Shown: piece by piece, positions 35,754-47,490 of the stretch
How positions within the stretch are numbered: the stretch's first letter is position 1
Layout: each line of letters begins with the position of its first letter
From: Perkinsus chesapeaki ATCC PRA-425
Lineage: Eukaryota > Protista > Perkinsozoa
Direction: 5' to 3'
NCBI GenBank assembly: GCA_013115145.1
Contig: JAAPAO010000122.1
Coordinates: forward strand, 1 to 64,000
Length of the DNA stretch: 64,000 nt
Translations under genes and position numbers: made by a program
The notes under the pieces: generated by a model
Databases searched by the model: none
What the model was told of the DNA's origin: nothing
The model's input: only the letters and a program-made list of their open reading frames with translations

Positions 35754-37091
35754 TTAGTTATTATTAGATGACCTATTACGATAGAATTCTATGGCATCTA
35801 GAATGGCTATATAAGTCCCTAACACGAAGGCTATGATGCCAATCACGATTATCGCCCAATAGTGGGCCTTCCGCTTGCTAAACATCTTGCCACCATCAAG
35901 TGTTATGTTGAAGGCTGCAGGTCCGAGGAAGCAGATAACGGAGCCAGCTAGAGCCCCTACCATCCCTAGGATGACGTTGACATCCGGCATGGCAAGAGCT
36001 ACAGCGAAAGCGAGACCAACGGTGAGGGTAGCCACTATCATACCAATTGCCGTCTCGTACTTTTTGGGTTTTAATGAATGAAGAAGAGTGGTTCGAACAG
36101 GGTAGATATTGAGAGGGTAAGTACCAATGATGGATATCGCAACCGTAAGAAAGGTGGCCGCGATCACTGGATCACCAAGGTTCAGCCTGGGGCCCAGACT
36201 GGTGAGGATGTTGGACTGAGTTAGGGCACCGTACGCCACAAGGAACATGATACCTTCTATCGCGTAGACACATAGAGCAGTTAGAGTACTAACCAGAATA
36301 ACCTTGCGCATGTTCCTCGGAGTTGCAACAGATAGCTCAGTGAATATTTCAGGAATATTGGGCTGATTTGCAAATGCGAATATGTAGGTATTGAAAGCAC
36401 TTACTAGGGAACCTAGATCTGCAGACTTCCAAAGCATTGTACTTGTGAAGGTTGGCGATACGCCATAACGTCCTAATACATAGATTGACGTGATTATCAG
36501 GAAACATGCACAAACAGAGCCAGCGCAGGTGAGGTAACGGATAGAATCAATAGTCTTCATCAATGACAATGGGAGGAGCACAACCAGAGTTACAAGGGTG
36601 CTGAACCAAAGCCTGTTGACAAGGAGATGTCCATACCAGCTTTCGGGACTCTCACCAAAAGCATGTACAGTGACCGGACTGACCACATCGTAGATAACAA
36701 CGATATACACCGCAGCAGTACCAAAGCAAAAGATGAACATAGCGAGCTGATAGAGATACCCCCAGCGCCTTCCAAATAGTGAATCTACTAGATCCTCATA
36801 GGTCTCCTTGCCACTTTTATGAACTGCCCTAACTATAAGCACTAACGAAAGGATCGAGAATACTGCCATCGTAGTGAGTAGAATGACACCAAGGACGACG
36901 CCTGCTGAGAGCATAGTGTACGGTAGAGAGAGCGCACCTGCCCCGAGGGTAGCCTTCATAACGCTGAATGTCGCAGATGTTTTAGAGCCTGAAGGTATCG
37001 GGTTCGCCAACGCATAGCAGAAGGACTTCCTGGGCTCCTCCTTGATACTCTTAACTGGTGACTCCAGTCCTCCTGACTCGCACTTCTCCAT
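35754..37091 (-). CDS. Amino acid transporter, AAAP/Aa_trans family, intronless tandem paralog
   Basis: 445-aa ORF with KATLGAGALSLPY, FAFANQPNIPEIF and YPLNIYPVR; clearly paralogous to 33667-35124. Confidence 0.92.
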   Translation of the reverse strand: MEKCESGGLESPVKSIKEEPRKSFCYALANPIPSGSKTSATFSVMKATLGAGALSLPYTMLSAGVVLGVILLTTMAVFSILSLVLIVRAVHKSGKETYEDLVDSLFGRRWGYLYQLAMFIFCFGTAAVYIVVIYDVVSPVTVHAFGESPESWYGHLLVNRLWFSTLVTLVVLLPLSLMKTIDSIRYLTCAGSVCACFLIITSIYVLGRYGVSPTFTSTMLWKSADLGSLVSAFNTYIFAFANQPNIPEIFTELSVATPRNMRKVILVSTLTALCVYAIEGIMFLVAYGALTQSNILTSLGPRLNLGDPVIAATFLTVAISIIGTYPLNIYPVRTTLLHSLKPKKYETAIGMIVATLTVGLAFAVALAMPDVNVILGMVGALAGSVICFLGPAAFNITLDGGKMFSKRKAHYWAIIVIGIIAFVLGTYIAILDAIEFYRNRSSNNN

Positions 37092-37457
37092 GGGAAAAAG
37101 TAAACCCTAAAGAATTGGAATGCAAAGCGGTCCACTTTCCAATGGCGCACTCTTGGCGGGCTAAACAGCGTCCCAAGCCAGAGAGGGTCAACAGCTTGCA
37201 CGCATGCACAACCGAAGCGGTCACCCGGCAAGTGCAGTGGGACTCAAAACTGCCAAGGCAGTGGATGGTCGGCAATTCACAGGAGCAATTTGCTATATCG
37301 TTGATGGAAAGCAAACATAAACCTTTATTTTCCGCATCCAGGAAGACTTATAGAACTCAGACTGCTCTCACACAATGTGCATGCGTGCAGGTGACGCGCC
37401 GTATTTTGACCACGAATTCCAACACCTAAACCAGCTCAACACTTTTGATTAAAACAG

Positions 37458-38636
37458 TTAACCATCATCAGTAAGATCGATGACTTCATCATTCTCTTTC
37501 TTCTGCCTCCCTTTCACTGTCGAACATCTGGAGGCCTTGCTCGGCCTGCAACCAAAGTAGCTCTCCAACCTTCCACGGTGCTCCGGCAGCATAATGCCCC
37601 CGGCTACTGCTGTCACCTGCGCCTCTCTCTCAGCCAAAGTCTTCCCTACCGTCCCTATAACCCTCGTTGGCCTTACATGCCTCAAGAAGGCCTCCAGCTC
37701 GGAGAACGAACTATGCTCGCTGTAGGGTATAGAGTAGAGTACGCATCCCGGATACCTACTGCTGCGCCAGCAGGACTCCTTCCTAGCCCAGCCAGTGCAA
37801 CGGAAACCGACAACCTTGGAGTAGCCCGCTTCGATCAAATCAGCTAAATTTTCTGGCGAGTTTCCAACTCTCCCCATAGCATCAAAGATCACTCCGTAGT
37901 TTTCGCCATCCGCAATGAGCCGCTCCGGAATGGCTCCACAGATGTCGACTATTTTACGTCGATTCTTGGATATAAAAACCTTCCTGTTCAAAACCTCGCT
38001 TATTCGCACTGCACAGCACTCTTTTCCCAACTTGTAAGCCCCCACCACAAAGATGGTACCGGGCTCATTCTCCTCCCTAGTAATCCTCCCAATTGCAGCC
38101 AATGCTTCCTCCTTGGTGGGATGGCTGTATCTGCTATCTGAGTAGGTAGTGTCCAGCCACACTGTATTAATAGCACCATTGCCTGGGACCGATGATATAA
38201 GCCTATCAGAGGCCCTAAAATCTCCAGTGTGGAGCCCGATCCACCCCCCTTGTCCGCAAAACAGGAACATAACTGCTCCTGGACAATGGTTCGCATCGAG
38301 ACACGTCACTTGTACGCCTGCGATCTCCACAGGCTGCCCGACTTCCAGAGCAACAACTCGCATCTGGTCAACGCCTATGATTTTCGTTACAAGTTCTGCC
38401 GTTATCTTCGAGCAGTATATAGTGCCCTTCGAAAACCCTTTCGTAAGACCACACGTATGGTCTCCATGAAAGTGAGTTAAAAAGTAGCACTGGCTCTCAT
38501 TTCTCAACCGTACAGGCACTCCAAATCCATCAACAATGAAGGCATCAGTTTGACCAGGAACCTCGGTAATAACCTTATAAGACCACTCCTTCCTCTCTTC
38601 TTTAGTGGCAGTCTGAAGCCTCCTAGCAGACGGCAT
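37458..38636 (-). CDS. SNM1: SNM1/PSO2-type DNA cross-link repair nuclease (MBL + beta-CASP/DRMBL), intronless
   Basis: FLTHFHGDH (HxHxDH), DANHCPGAVMFLF, LHTGDFRA, WLDTTY and IPYSEHSSFSEL motifs. Confidence 0.92.
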   Translation of the reverse strand: MPSARRLQTATKEERKEWSYKVITEVPGQTDAFIVDGFGVPVRLRNESQCYFLTHFHGDHTCGLTKGFSKGTIYCSKITAELVTKIIGVDQMRVVALEVGQPVEIAGVQVTCLDANHCPGAVMFLFCGQGGWIGLHTGDFRASDRLISSVPGNGAINTVWLDTTYSDSRYSHPTKEEALAAIGRITREENEPGTIFVVGAYKLGKECCAVRISEVLNRKVFISKNRRKIVDICGAIPERLIADGENYGVIFDAMGRVGNSPENLADLIEAGYSKVVGFRCTGWARKESCWRSSRYPGCVLYSIPYSEHSSFSELEAFLRHVRPTRVIGTVGKTLAEREAQVTAVAGGIMLPEHRGRLESYFGCRPSKASRCSTVKGRQKKENDEVIDLTDDG

Positions 38637-39205
38637 AGTAATACAAATCACCACCTACACCTAACCTCCCAAACACATACCACATTAACCCATTAACAAC
38701 TCATTACTCAAAAAGTACCACTGGACGAAAGCATAGCTCACCAAAGTGTAAGCAATTTGAAGAAGTATACAGAGGTGTACATAACAGAGCAACACGCTGC
38801 CGCCACACTGGACCGAACAAGGAAATCAGAACCACCTGGCATTGAAGAGAGGGAGCATGTCCGTCAACAACAAGGCTTTGCAACAATAGCAGCAAATAAT
38901 TGTATGCCCCACATAAATTCACCGATGTACTTATACTTCCACGACATCATCAACGGTATTGACGGTAGTCTCCCTAAACCAAGTGCTGTAGTGAAGGCCC
39001 TAGTACGATGACAGTTACTCAACCGTAATAATAACTACTTTGTATGCTTCCTTGTATACATCGCAAAAGTCTTAGGATCACCGAAGCGAGCATCAACAGT
39101 AAGTATCCTTGGAATGGTATGTTATTTTAACAAGCTTTCAAGTAGTCGTAGTAAATCACAAACACCTATAGAAGTGCTTGCTAAAGCTGCATTTGCTACA
39201 CCAGC

Positions 39206-40207
39206 TTAGGCAGTCTTGCTGGACTGCAAAAGCTGCTGGCGCTGCTTCTCCTTGGCCCTGTTATCAAGAGTCTCCTGGAAGGCCTTCCACATAACAGAGA
39301 AGAACATACCCTGGAGGCCGTTGGTGAGGATACGAGTAGCAAGACCACGGCCGAAGAGACCTCTGTAACCGTCCTTGGCGACGATGTCCCTGACAGCCTG
39401 GGGATAGGTGAGGGGCACCTGGGACGTCTGCTTAGTAGTCTTAAGAACTCTGAGAGAGTTGGAAATGCAATCAGAGACGAATGATGAGCAGAAACCGAGG
39501 ACGGCGTTACGCACGTATTTGCCATACTTGAAGTTGAACTCGGGCAAATGAGCGTTCAAAGTGTTATGGGTAACGAACCACGGGTAGTGACCAACCCAAG
39601 TGGCAGCCATAGCACCGAGAGTACCGTGCCACAGATTGCTGATACCGTGAGTCTTAACCTTGTTCATAAGAACCTTCATGCCAGCCTCACCCTCGACCTG
39701 CTTAGTGGTCTTCCAGGCATCAATGGGCATAAGGAAGGCACGGAAGCATGCAGCACCGCAAGAAGCGAAAGCGGTCTTAACACCGATAGGCATGTTCTGA
39801 GTGGCCTTAGTGTTATCCAAGAGAGCCAAGACACCAACGTTAGCGGCAGTATCACCGAAACGAGATAAGGGAGCCTGGATAAGGGCAGGAACAAGGCCAC
39901 GATAGAAACGGGGGACACCGCCCTCCTGATAAAGCTTCTTGAGGACATCACCGAGCTTACCACCGTAACGGTACTGGTAGTTCATGGTTGTGCGCATCCA
40001 CATAAGAGCGAACACATTAACAACCTGGGCAGAAGCACCAGCAATACCACCACGGAAGGCAGCTTGAGTGGCCTTGTGAAGGACATCAGCAGAGGACATC
40101 TGCTGACGGGCAGCGTTAGAGGCCTGAGCAGGGGCCTTACCGGCGGGAGCAGCCGCAGGGGTAGCGGCCGCAGTTGTGCTTGTCGCAGGGGCGGATGCAG
40201 TAGACAT
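39206..40207 (-). CDS. Mitochondrial carrier (SLC25) family protein, intronless
   Basis: Three-repeat layout with YQEGGVPRFYRGL, MPIDAWKTTKQ and KDGYRGLFGRGL. Confidence 0.88.
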   Translation of the reverse strand: MSTASAPATSTTAAATPAAAPAGKAPAQASNAARQQMSSADVLHKATQAAFRGGIAGASAQVVNVFALMWMRTTMNYQYRYGGKLGDVLKKLYQEGGVPRFYRGLVPALIQAPLSRFGDTAANVGVLALLDNTKATQNMPIGVKTAFASCGAACFRAFLMPIDAWKTTKQVEGEAGMKVLMNKVKTHGISNLWHGTLGAMAATWVGHYPWFVTHNTLNAHLPEFNFKYGKYVRNAVLGFCSSFVSDCISNSLRVLKTTKQTSQVPLTYPQAVRDIVAKDGYRGLFGRGLATRILTNGLQGMFFSVMWKAFQETLDNRAKEKQRQQLLQSSKTA

Positions 40208-41024
40208 AATTTCTAAGAGAGAAAAATGTAGCTTCTGAGAATGGATTGCAACTTCGGAACGAGTGATAAAATTGTTCCCGATGAAAATCCAGGCCTAGGG
40301 AAGAACCCAGATATCTCGGCACACTAGGCGGTTAACACGAACCCAGAACAACTACCATGTGCTCTGTCAAGGGAGCATCTAGAACGAAAGGAGAAACCCT
40401 ACTTAAGCTAACCGCCTCCCGAAGCTTCGGCCTAATCCCTGACGATGTCGCTTGATCCAAGACTCACTACTACCGTAATCTCGATAAAGGCAACGCAGGC
40501 ATGCTTATCGGCGCACCCGCAAAGATTCACAATAACGAATCACCATCACCAAAGCTCGTGCCGAGCTAGTAAAGGGATCTGCCCAAGCGGCAACGCAAAA
40601 GGGTAAATAGCGCGCGCCCAGAAAGCTGCGGACAAAGTGCACATTTGTGGTCGGGAGTGTCACACACAACAGTCACAGTTGCGCGAGAGCAGCTGGTTGA
40701 GGAGGGAATTTCCCATGTCCTATTAGTCCGTGGAGAGCCTGTGGCGAATCAGATTCGCGGCTGACGGCCTATTCGCGTGGAAGCAGGAAGCTTCAGGTAG
40801 ATTGAGGACGATCCTGCAGTGCCTTCCATGACACAACGGGCTGTCCCTTGGAGTGCTCGAGTTTGTCAGCACCTGAAATTTCATCATCCTGCTGAATAGG
40901 AACGTATCGAGCTCGTCCCTTGGTACTTTTCATCATTAGTATAGGTTGGGGGAGGCGTTGAAGTTGTGTGGTTGATTGGAAGTCTTGAAACTGACCTGTG
41001 CAGTGTTCTTTTCCTGGCAACACC

Positions 41025-42665
41025 ATGCCAGTACATCAGTCGGAGATATTGCTTGATGAGGACGCGGTTGCAGAGTCGCCTAAGAAGTCGTATCAGACTT
41101 TGCGATCTCGCATTAAGCGGATAGTCCTTTGGCACAACGAAGAGTGGAAGGGTATGCGACTCCCAGGAGCTGCACTTTTCTTCTTCAAATTCTTCTTCCT
41201 CGGTTTTGCCATTGCTCCTCCTGATGTTTCTCGTGATGCCTGGTGGGGTGTTACCTTGACTGCTTGTACCTGCATGGGCTCCGCGATGCTGCCCTTACCC
41301 CTTCCAGCGTTCTGTGTCTTCGTCTTGGCTCTTGCCGGTCTCTCTGGTGGTATGACATCTGAAGAGATTGTCTCTGGTTTTGGTAGTCCAGATTTATGGT
41401 TCAACATGTTCAGTTTTATGACAATGAGGGCCTTCACCGTAACAGGCTTGGGCAAAAGGCTCGGCCTTACTGTCTATAAATATTTAGGATTCAATGTTCT
41501 ACTGGTAGCCTATGTCATATGCATTATAGAGCTCATCCTATCATTGTTTATAACCTCTCCTGCAGTCCGAGGTGTTGGTCTGATAATGCCTGTATTAGTA
41601 CCTTTGCTCGAGCACGGTTTTAAGTCCCTTCCTGAAGAAGGCACCGAACGTGAAGTTGGTAGTTACCTAGTGCTGGTAGAGATAACGGCCAATGCATTCG
41701 TCAGTGCATGCTGGTTTACTGGCTACAACGATGTTAATGACTACATTGCATCTTATTTGAATGACAACGGCATAAATGCGGACTTCAACTTCTGGGCTAC
41801 ACAAGTGTCTATACCTGTCATCTTCGCTGTATTATTAGTGCCATTGATGGTTTACTTATTGCACCGTCCAAAGTACGTCCGTAATCCCAAAGCCCACCAG
41901 GACGCTTGCAAACGCCTCAGACAGCTAGGAAATGTGTCATGTCCCGAGGTACGTACAAAAACGATGCAATTGCGGCCTTAAGTTTTGCTTTAGGTAATCG
42001 TTGCAGTGGTTTACGTTGCCACTTTGGCCTTGTGGATTGCTGCCTCGATGTCTCCTGGCTTTTATATCAGCGATATGGTCATTGCTGCAATTGGTAAGAG
42101 GAAGCGCCGCGTGCATTTTTCTGAAACGTTCACACTTTCAGGTATTGCAGCTTTGCTAGCAGTTGGCATAATAGACTCAGATTCGGCGATACTCGACGAT
42201 AAGCGCCCTTTCAGGATGCTCATTTATTATGGTACACTCCTATCGGTTATTCAGAACTGTGTGTCCAAAGGCTACTGGTCCTACCCCTTCGCTCGGAAGT
42301 ACGTCGTAGAGTGGTTGGATGGCCTACCGGTCGGCAGCTCCTTGTTACTTGGAACATTTGTTATGTACTTCACCTCTTATCTGTATACTTCCCCCTTAGC
42401 TCATGCTAAGGACTTCTATCCGCCTATCTTCGAGTCTATGATGCTAAACAGTGTTCCTTCTCATCTTGGTTCCAGCGCAATCTCGTATGTTACCATGGCG
42501 AGGAACCTTTCTCCGTACACTTCTCCGACTAACCCAGCTTACTACGCTCTTGAATACGTCACAGCTCGGCAATGGTGGTTTTGTGGTGTCGCATCATTAG
42601 CACTCAACTATCTATTCTTAATCTCTGTGGGGTTCCTATGGTGGCTTATTCTAGGTGATTGGTGA
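41025..42665 (+). CDS. DASS/SLC13 (CitT/DiT-like) anion transporter, ~515 aa; exons 41025-41948, 41994-42093, 42142-42665
   Basis: SGFGSPDLW..AFTVTGLGKRLG, SPAVRGVGL and SPYTSPTNPAYY..QWWFCG..VGFLWWLILG motifs. Two short GT-AG introns in phase. Confidence 0.8.
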
Positions 42666-43443
42666 ATAATCCCCACTCTTGATTAACGCATCAGCGTGTG
42701 TTCGTTATTTGTATGTAGCTTATTTGATTCGCAAAGTTTCATTTGTGGAGTTTCTAGCTTGTTACTACAAGTTATCGAATGTGTCTTGCAAGTTAATGTT
42801 ATTTTGTTCGTGTGGGCCTTGCGTGAGCACAGCAGACTGAAGAAGCAGCAAGTTATCGTACTTGCGAATAGAAGAGTAGTAATCTAGTTGTCGTATCGCT
42901 TGCGGGCCGTAGTAAACAAATACTCCTTCAACCAAGCGGAACGAGCGCATGATTACTACATAACTTCCGAACCCATGATTGTCATTCTGGGGAACCTAAG
43001 ACACAACCCAGCCCACTAAGTGACTTGATCCTGCTAGCAAGCAAAAAACCTATTATAAAAACCAAGTGGGATCCCCTTATACGTGTATATATACATGTTA
43101 AATATGTTCCCAGCGCTTGGGTCCGACCAGCGAGAGAAAACCTCGTTGGTGAAAGGCGTTGTGTTTACCCAGTGTTTTCATACCTCTATGGCGGGGTTGG
43201 ACATGATTCGGAGAAACACTCGGAAGAACACCACATTACACGTATCGTGTATTATATGTTGTCTTGTATCATATGGTTGATCGATTTACATATTCTTCCT
43301 TGCTGTGTCTTCTAGTACTATGCTACAAAATTTTATGGTCGTACACTCAATAGCAGACGAGAAATCGTTAAAAAACGAAATATTCTATTTCATTGGGGAG
43401 GGCTGTATTATGTTTCATATTTTTCACAAGTGAGTTGGCTGAC

Positions 43444-43478
43444 AGGACGCTCTTTTGCTGCCAGCAAAAGAGCGTCCT
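43444..43478. repeat. Perfect 17-bp inverted repeat with a 1-nt spacer
   Basis: AGGACGCTCTTTTGCTG-C-CAGCAAAAGAGCGTCCT, followed by a near copy of the centre (CTTTTGTTGCCAGCAAA). Confidence 0.9.
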
Positions 43479-44365
43479 CTTTTGTTGCCAGCAAATCTAT
43501 AAATATTAAATATCCACCGTACAATAACTGAGAAGCCAACTGCTAAAAGCTAATTGTCCGGAGCATCATCCAAAGTATGCGAATCGCTATGTAACTCTTT
43601 TCTCAGAAGAAGTTTGTACCTCATATCAAAACATCGCTCAGATTGGCTACCTGGACCCTTCACTTTCACTGATCATCGCAAGTAATGCGGAACTATGAAC
43701 GGAAACTGTACGACTGGCCAGTGGGTGCCATGCGGGGTCACAAACTCCGCTGTGGGAAACATTAAAGGCTTTATTGTGAGTGATACGCTCACGTGATAGT
43801 ACGGTAGAGCGGACGAAGTCATCCTTCAACGATAGGTTCGGCTCAACTGACTATGCAGTTGTGCTGAAAGGCCGTGAAAGATACGCAGAGTCTAATAATC
43901 ATTAAGGCGGACTCATTTATATTCCGGCCTAGCTCTCTTCATTAGAGTATTCCACCACGAATCAAGAGATTGCGTGCCGAATGCAGCGAGTAGGTAATAG
44001 ATATTGCAATATTACATCGGCAGCGAAACTCGGCCGCCCGGCTCCTTGCGTCCAGGGAGCGCCGCTCCATGGGGTTGTCGATGGGGCCAACTGTCTGGTC
44101 CCTTGTCCGGAGTAGGCCAACCAGGGGCTTTACGCAATGGCACTGGAGCAATGCGAGGTACGGTTCATAAGCTGCAAAAATTCACGCACGAACACTGAGT
44201 AACCAAACGTTCACAACTGTCACTAGTTTCACGGCAAAACCCTAATACAAACAAACGAACAAGAGGTGCCCGCTGGAGCTCACACGCGTGCTAGGGTAAC
44301 TCAACACGTGGCCAACGTGTTCTTTGTGCCACGAAGTTTGTAGAGCCGTGCCGTTCACCGCCTTC

Positions 44366-46874
44366 ATGTCCATAATCGCCTTCTTTGTCTGGCATGTTGT
44401 CAATGCTGGTATGGGGTACTCCCACAGGTATGATTTGAGAGCTGACGACTTGTAAGCATCAGCAAGCGATACCTGAGTCCGGTGTTACGTAACTAACCTC
44501 GTGCATGTGCCTAATGAGAGACCACAAGAGGAATTCACAACACTGCAAGCATTGCGAATCCCTATCATCTCAGGTATTCCAGTACAAATGTGACACGAAG
44601 AAAGCTGAGAGACTTCGAGATCGGTGTTTTCCCTGGCCAAGCTGTCGATCATGATCTAGGTGAGTGCAGTGTTGTCTCTGATGAGGCTAGATTTCAACCA
44701 TTTCAGGTCCAGAGAAGGGGACATTCTCTCAAACATACCTTATTAACAAGGACTATTTCGATGATAATAAACCGGTAGTCCCTCTTCATTCAGAAACAGC
44801 CTCTAGCCTAGCCTTTCTAGTGGAGGTGCGGCATTACCGTTGTACTACTCAGTTACTTTTCATCTACATCGCCGATGACATAAGCAGCGATGTCGTCGGT
44901 TATGAAGTAACCATACCTGCTCAGACTCTCAAGGCTGCTATGGTAGCCCTAGAGCATAGGTAGAGCGCTGAATAGCTGGTATAGCGGTCATTTTATACTT
45001 TTACCGTTGTAAACGTCCATAATATGTACTCCGTGTGACGGGTGTCTCAAAACGATTGGTGAACTCCCTCCGCCTCGTAGGTACTTCGGCGACAGTAAAC
45101 CAACATCAGACGTCTCGGCAACGAGACTGAAGAAGCTGCTCACTATACCTCAAACATTAGAGGATATTAGAAGTTCTGCCTCTTATATAACCGGAGTTCT
45201 GAGTCCGGCTACCCCGATGAAAATAGTTCTATTTGGGAGCAGTTACACAGGCGTAAGTTAATAGAGAAGAAATGCATGCTAGCACCTGATTTCAGTCGTT
45301 GGCTTCCTGGGCTCGACAGCTGTACCCTGACTTGTTCATCGGAGCCGTAGCTTCCGCCTCTCCTTTTGATATCAAAGTCGCATATGATCCGTGAGTGAAA
45401 GTTTGACTGTCAAACTATCCGATGAACAAATGTTGATTTGCGTGGCCTATTTTTTCATCTACTCAGCTACGACTCCGTAGCAGCTGACGATTTCTCCAAT
45501 CCAGAGCTAGGTGGGAGCCCACAGTGCTTGGCAGAAGTGTGTTCTACATGTATACAAGGAGGTAGCCCATAACATAGGTAACTAAAGCCCATGCGGCTTT
45601 TGCCGACATCTTGGGGACACCCGGAGGACGTCGTATGCTCGAGCAGAAGTTCCATATATGCCGTGGGACTCTCGACAATCGAGGCAACCAGCTCCTTGCG
45701 TGAGCCTACGAGATGACTTTGCATCAAAATCACTGTTACTTCTTCCCTCAGTACTCAAGGCTCAACCCTACTCGACTTCGATTTACAAAGCAACGACCCC
45801 TCCTGCTCCAAGGATTATTGCAACATAGCGAGGATATGCAGGAGATTCACCACTGGGCAGTGAGCTCTGTCAAGAACAGCTCAATAAGTGTGTACAGTAG
45901 CTTTCTGTGCAGGGAAGCAGCTCTCGATAAGCTCGCTGCCGTCTATAATACGAATTATCCCATCCCATCTACGAAGTGCCATGACTATGATTGGAGCCAA
46001 GAACTGCGGGAGTAAGAATGCTCTCAAGCGGTTCATTCGACTGGAACCCCCAGATTGTATCTATGTAGGCTCGAGGACTCCCGGAATAGCGGAGCACGCA
46101 GGTTGCGGGCTCTTATCGGATGCAATGGCCGGGGACTCTTCGTAACTTGTGACGAGTCAAACAGATGCCCTTTCATGAGATCTACAGACAGACTATCTCA
46201 CCGGCTCGAGCGATGCGACCGTGGATTCGGAATCTCGGAGGAAGAGGTCAACACAGTGGGGCAAAGACCTACAACTGAGTCTGTGGCAGGTCCGACAGAA
46301 GGTCACTGAGGTATATCGCAAGTACGGTGGAAAAGGGCTACATAATACGACTAATGTCATATCTATCAACGGCAATGCCGATCCGTGGTACCCGGTTTCA
46401 ATAACACAGAAACAACCTGGAGTTGATGTCCTGATGGTATGAGACTCAAAACTTTCGTCAAATAATAGTATTGTTTTCTCAGGTAGAAGGAGCTTCTCAT
46501 TGTTATTGGTCCCTCCACGAAAACGCGTAAGTATCCGGGTTGTGCTATCAGTGTGATCGAAGGTAAAAGCTTCCGGTAAAATTCAGCGGCTGAATTTCAG
46601 CCTAGTGGTAAGTATTCTGACTATGTGATAAGCCACAATGGATATGAAGCCTCTCGCCTCCGTTTCACGGGTACTTCCACGGAGTCTCTAGAGGTTCGTG
46701 TTGAACGAGGGTCCAGTTCCTGAAGCCCGCAATTCTAACTTGAATCAAAACACCTGTTACCGGCTTATTTTCTTCGTGGGACCATTTGTAATTCATTATC
46801 TTGTTCTTCCCAGAGACGTTACAAAGTTCGTGAAAAGAGCAATAACAAGGTGGTTGGGGCGCAAGCAGTATTGA
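44366..46874 (+). CDS. Secreted serine peptidase, family S28 (PRCP/thymus-specific serine protease-like), multi-exon
   Basis: Signal-like MSIIAFFVWHVVNAG. Exons give QAVDHD, TFSQTYLIN, MVALEHR|YFGDSKP, VLFGSSYTG|SLASWARQLYP (Ser), TNVISINGNADPW (Asp), EGASHC (His) and a final AITRWL. Confidence 0.85.
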
Positions 46875-47490
46875 CTTCAGTGAGCACGTCCTTGTTGGTT
46901 TCAATATTGGTCATCAAATATTTACTTTATGGCTTTCGACCTCTCCTCATCAAGGTCCGCCATTTACTTACCATTTTTTCATAACCTTTCAGAGTCAGCA
47001 GCAGTATACTATTTAGCACTGTAGGAATCGTTGCTACAGTATGGTAGACCGCTGGCTCTCGATCGTAAGTTTTCTATTCGGAACCTCGCAGCCGTGGCGT
47101 TCCAAATCGATTTTACGAAGCGTTGTGATATTTGCGTGCCTCCCAGAGTTCTCAATCAAGGTCCGGCGAGTAGACGAACGCGTAGCCAGTTCATGCCTGA
47201 GGCCTATCATATATCCTGAAGTTGTGGATCAGAATCAGTCAACCCCATTGTCACAACAAGCCCAAAGGAAGTTATAACAATATAGCGCCGGCAATGAACA
47301 TACTTTACTGAATGTAGATGCGTCTGTCAACTGTCGTCGAGCAAAGCCGCTCCTCAAAAGATGTTAACGAGTGTATACGTATCTCCTAGAGTTACTGCCT
47401 ACCAGTCCCATACCACGGGTTTACTCGATATTCTGTGAGTGGCGGTTATTTCTTCCCAGTGGTCTGTTCGTCACTCTCGTCAACTTGAAA

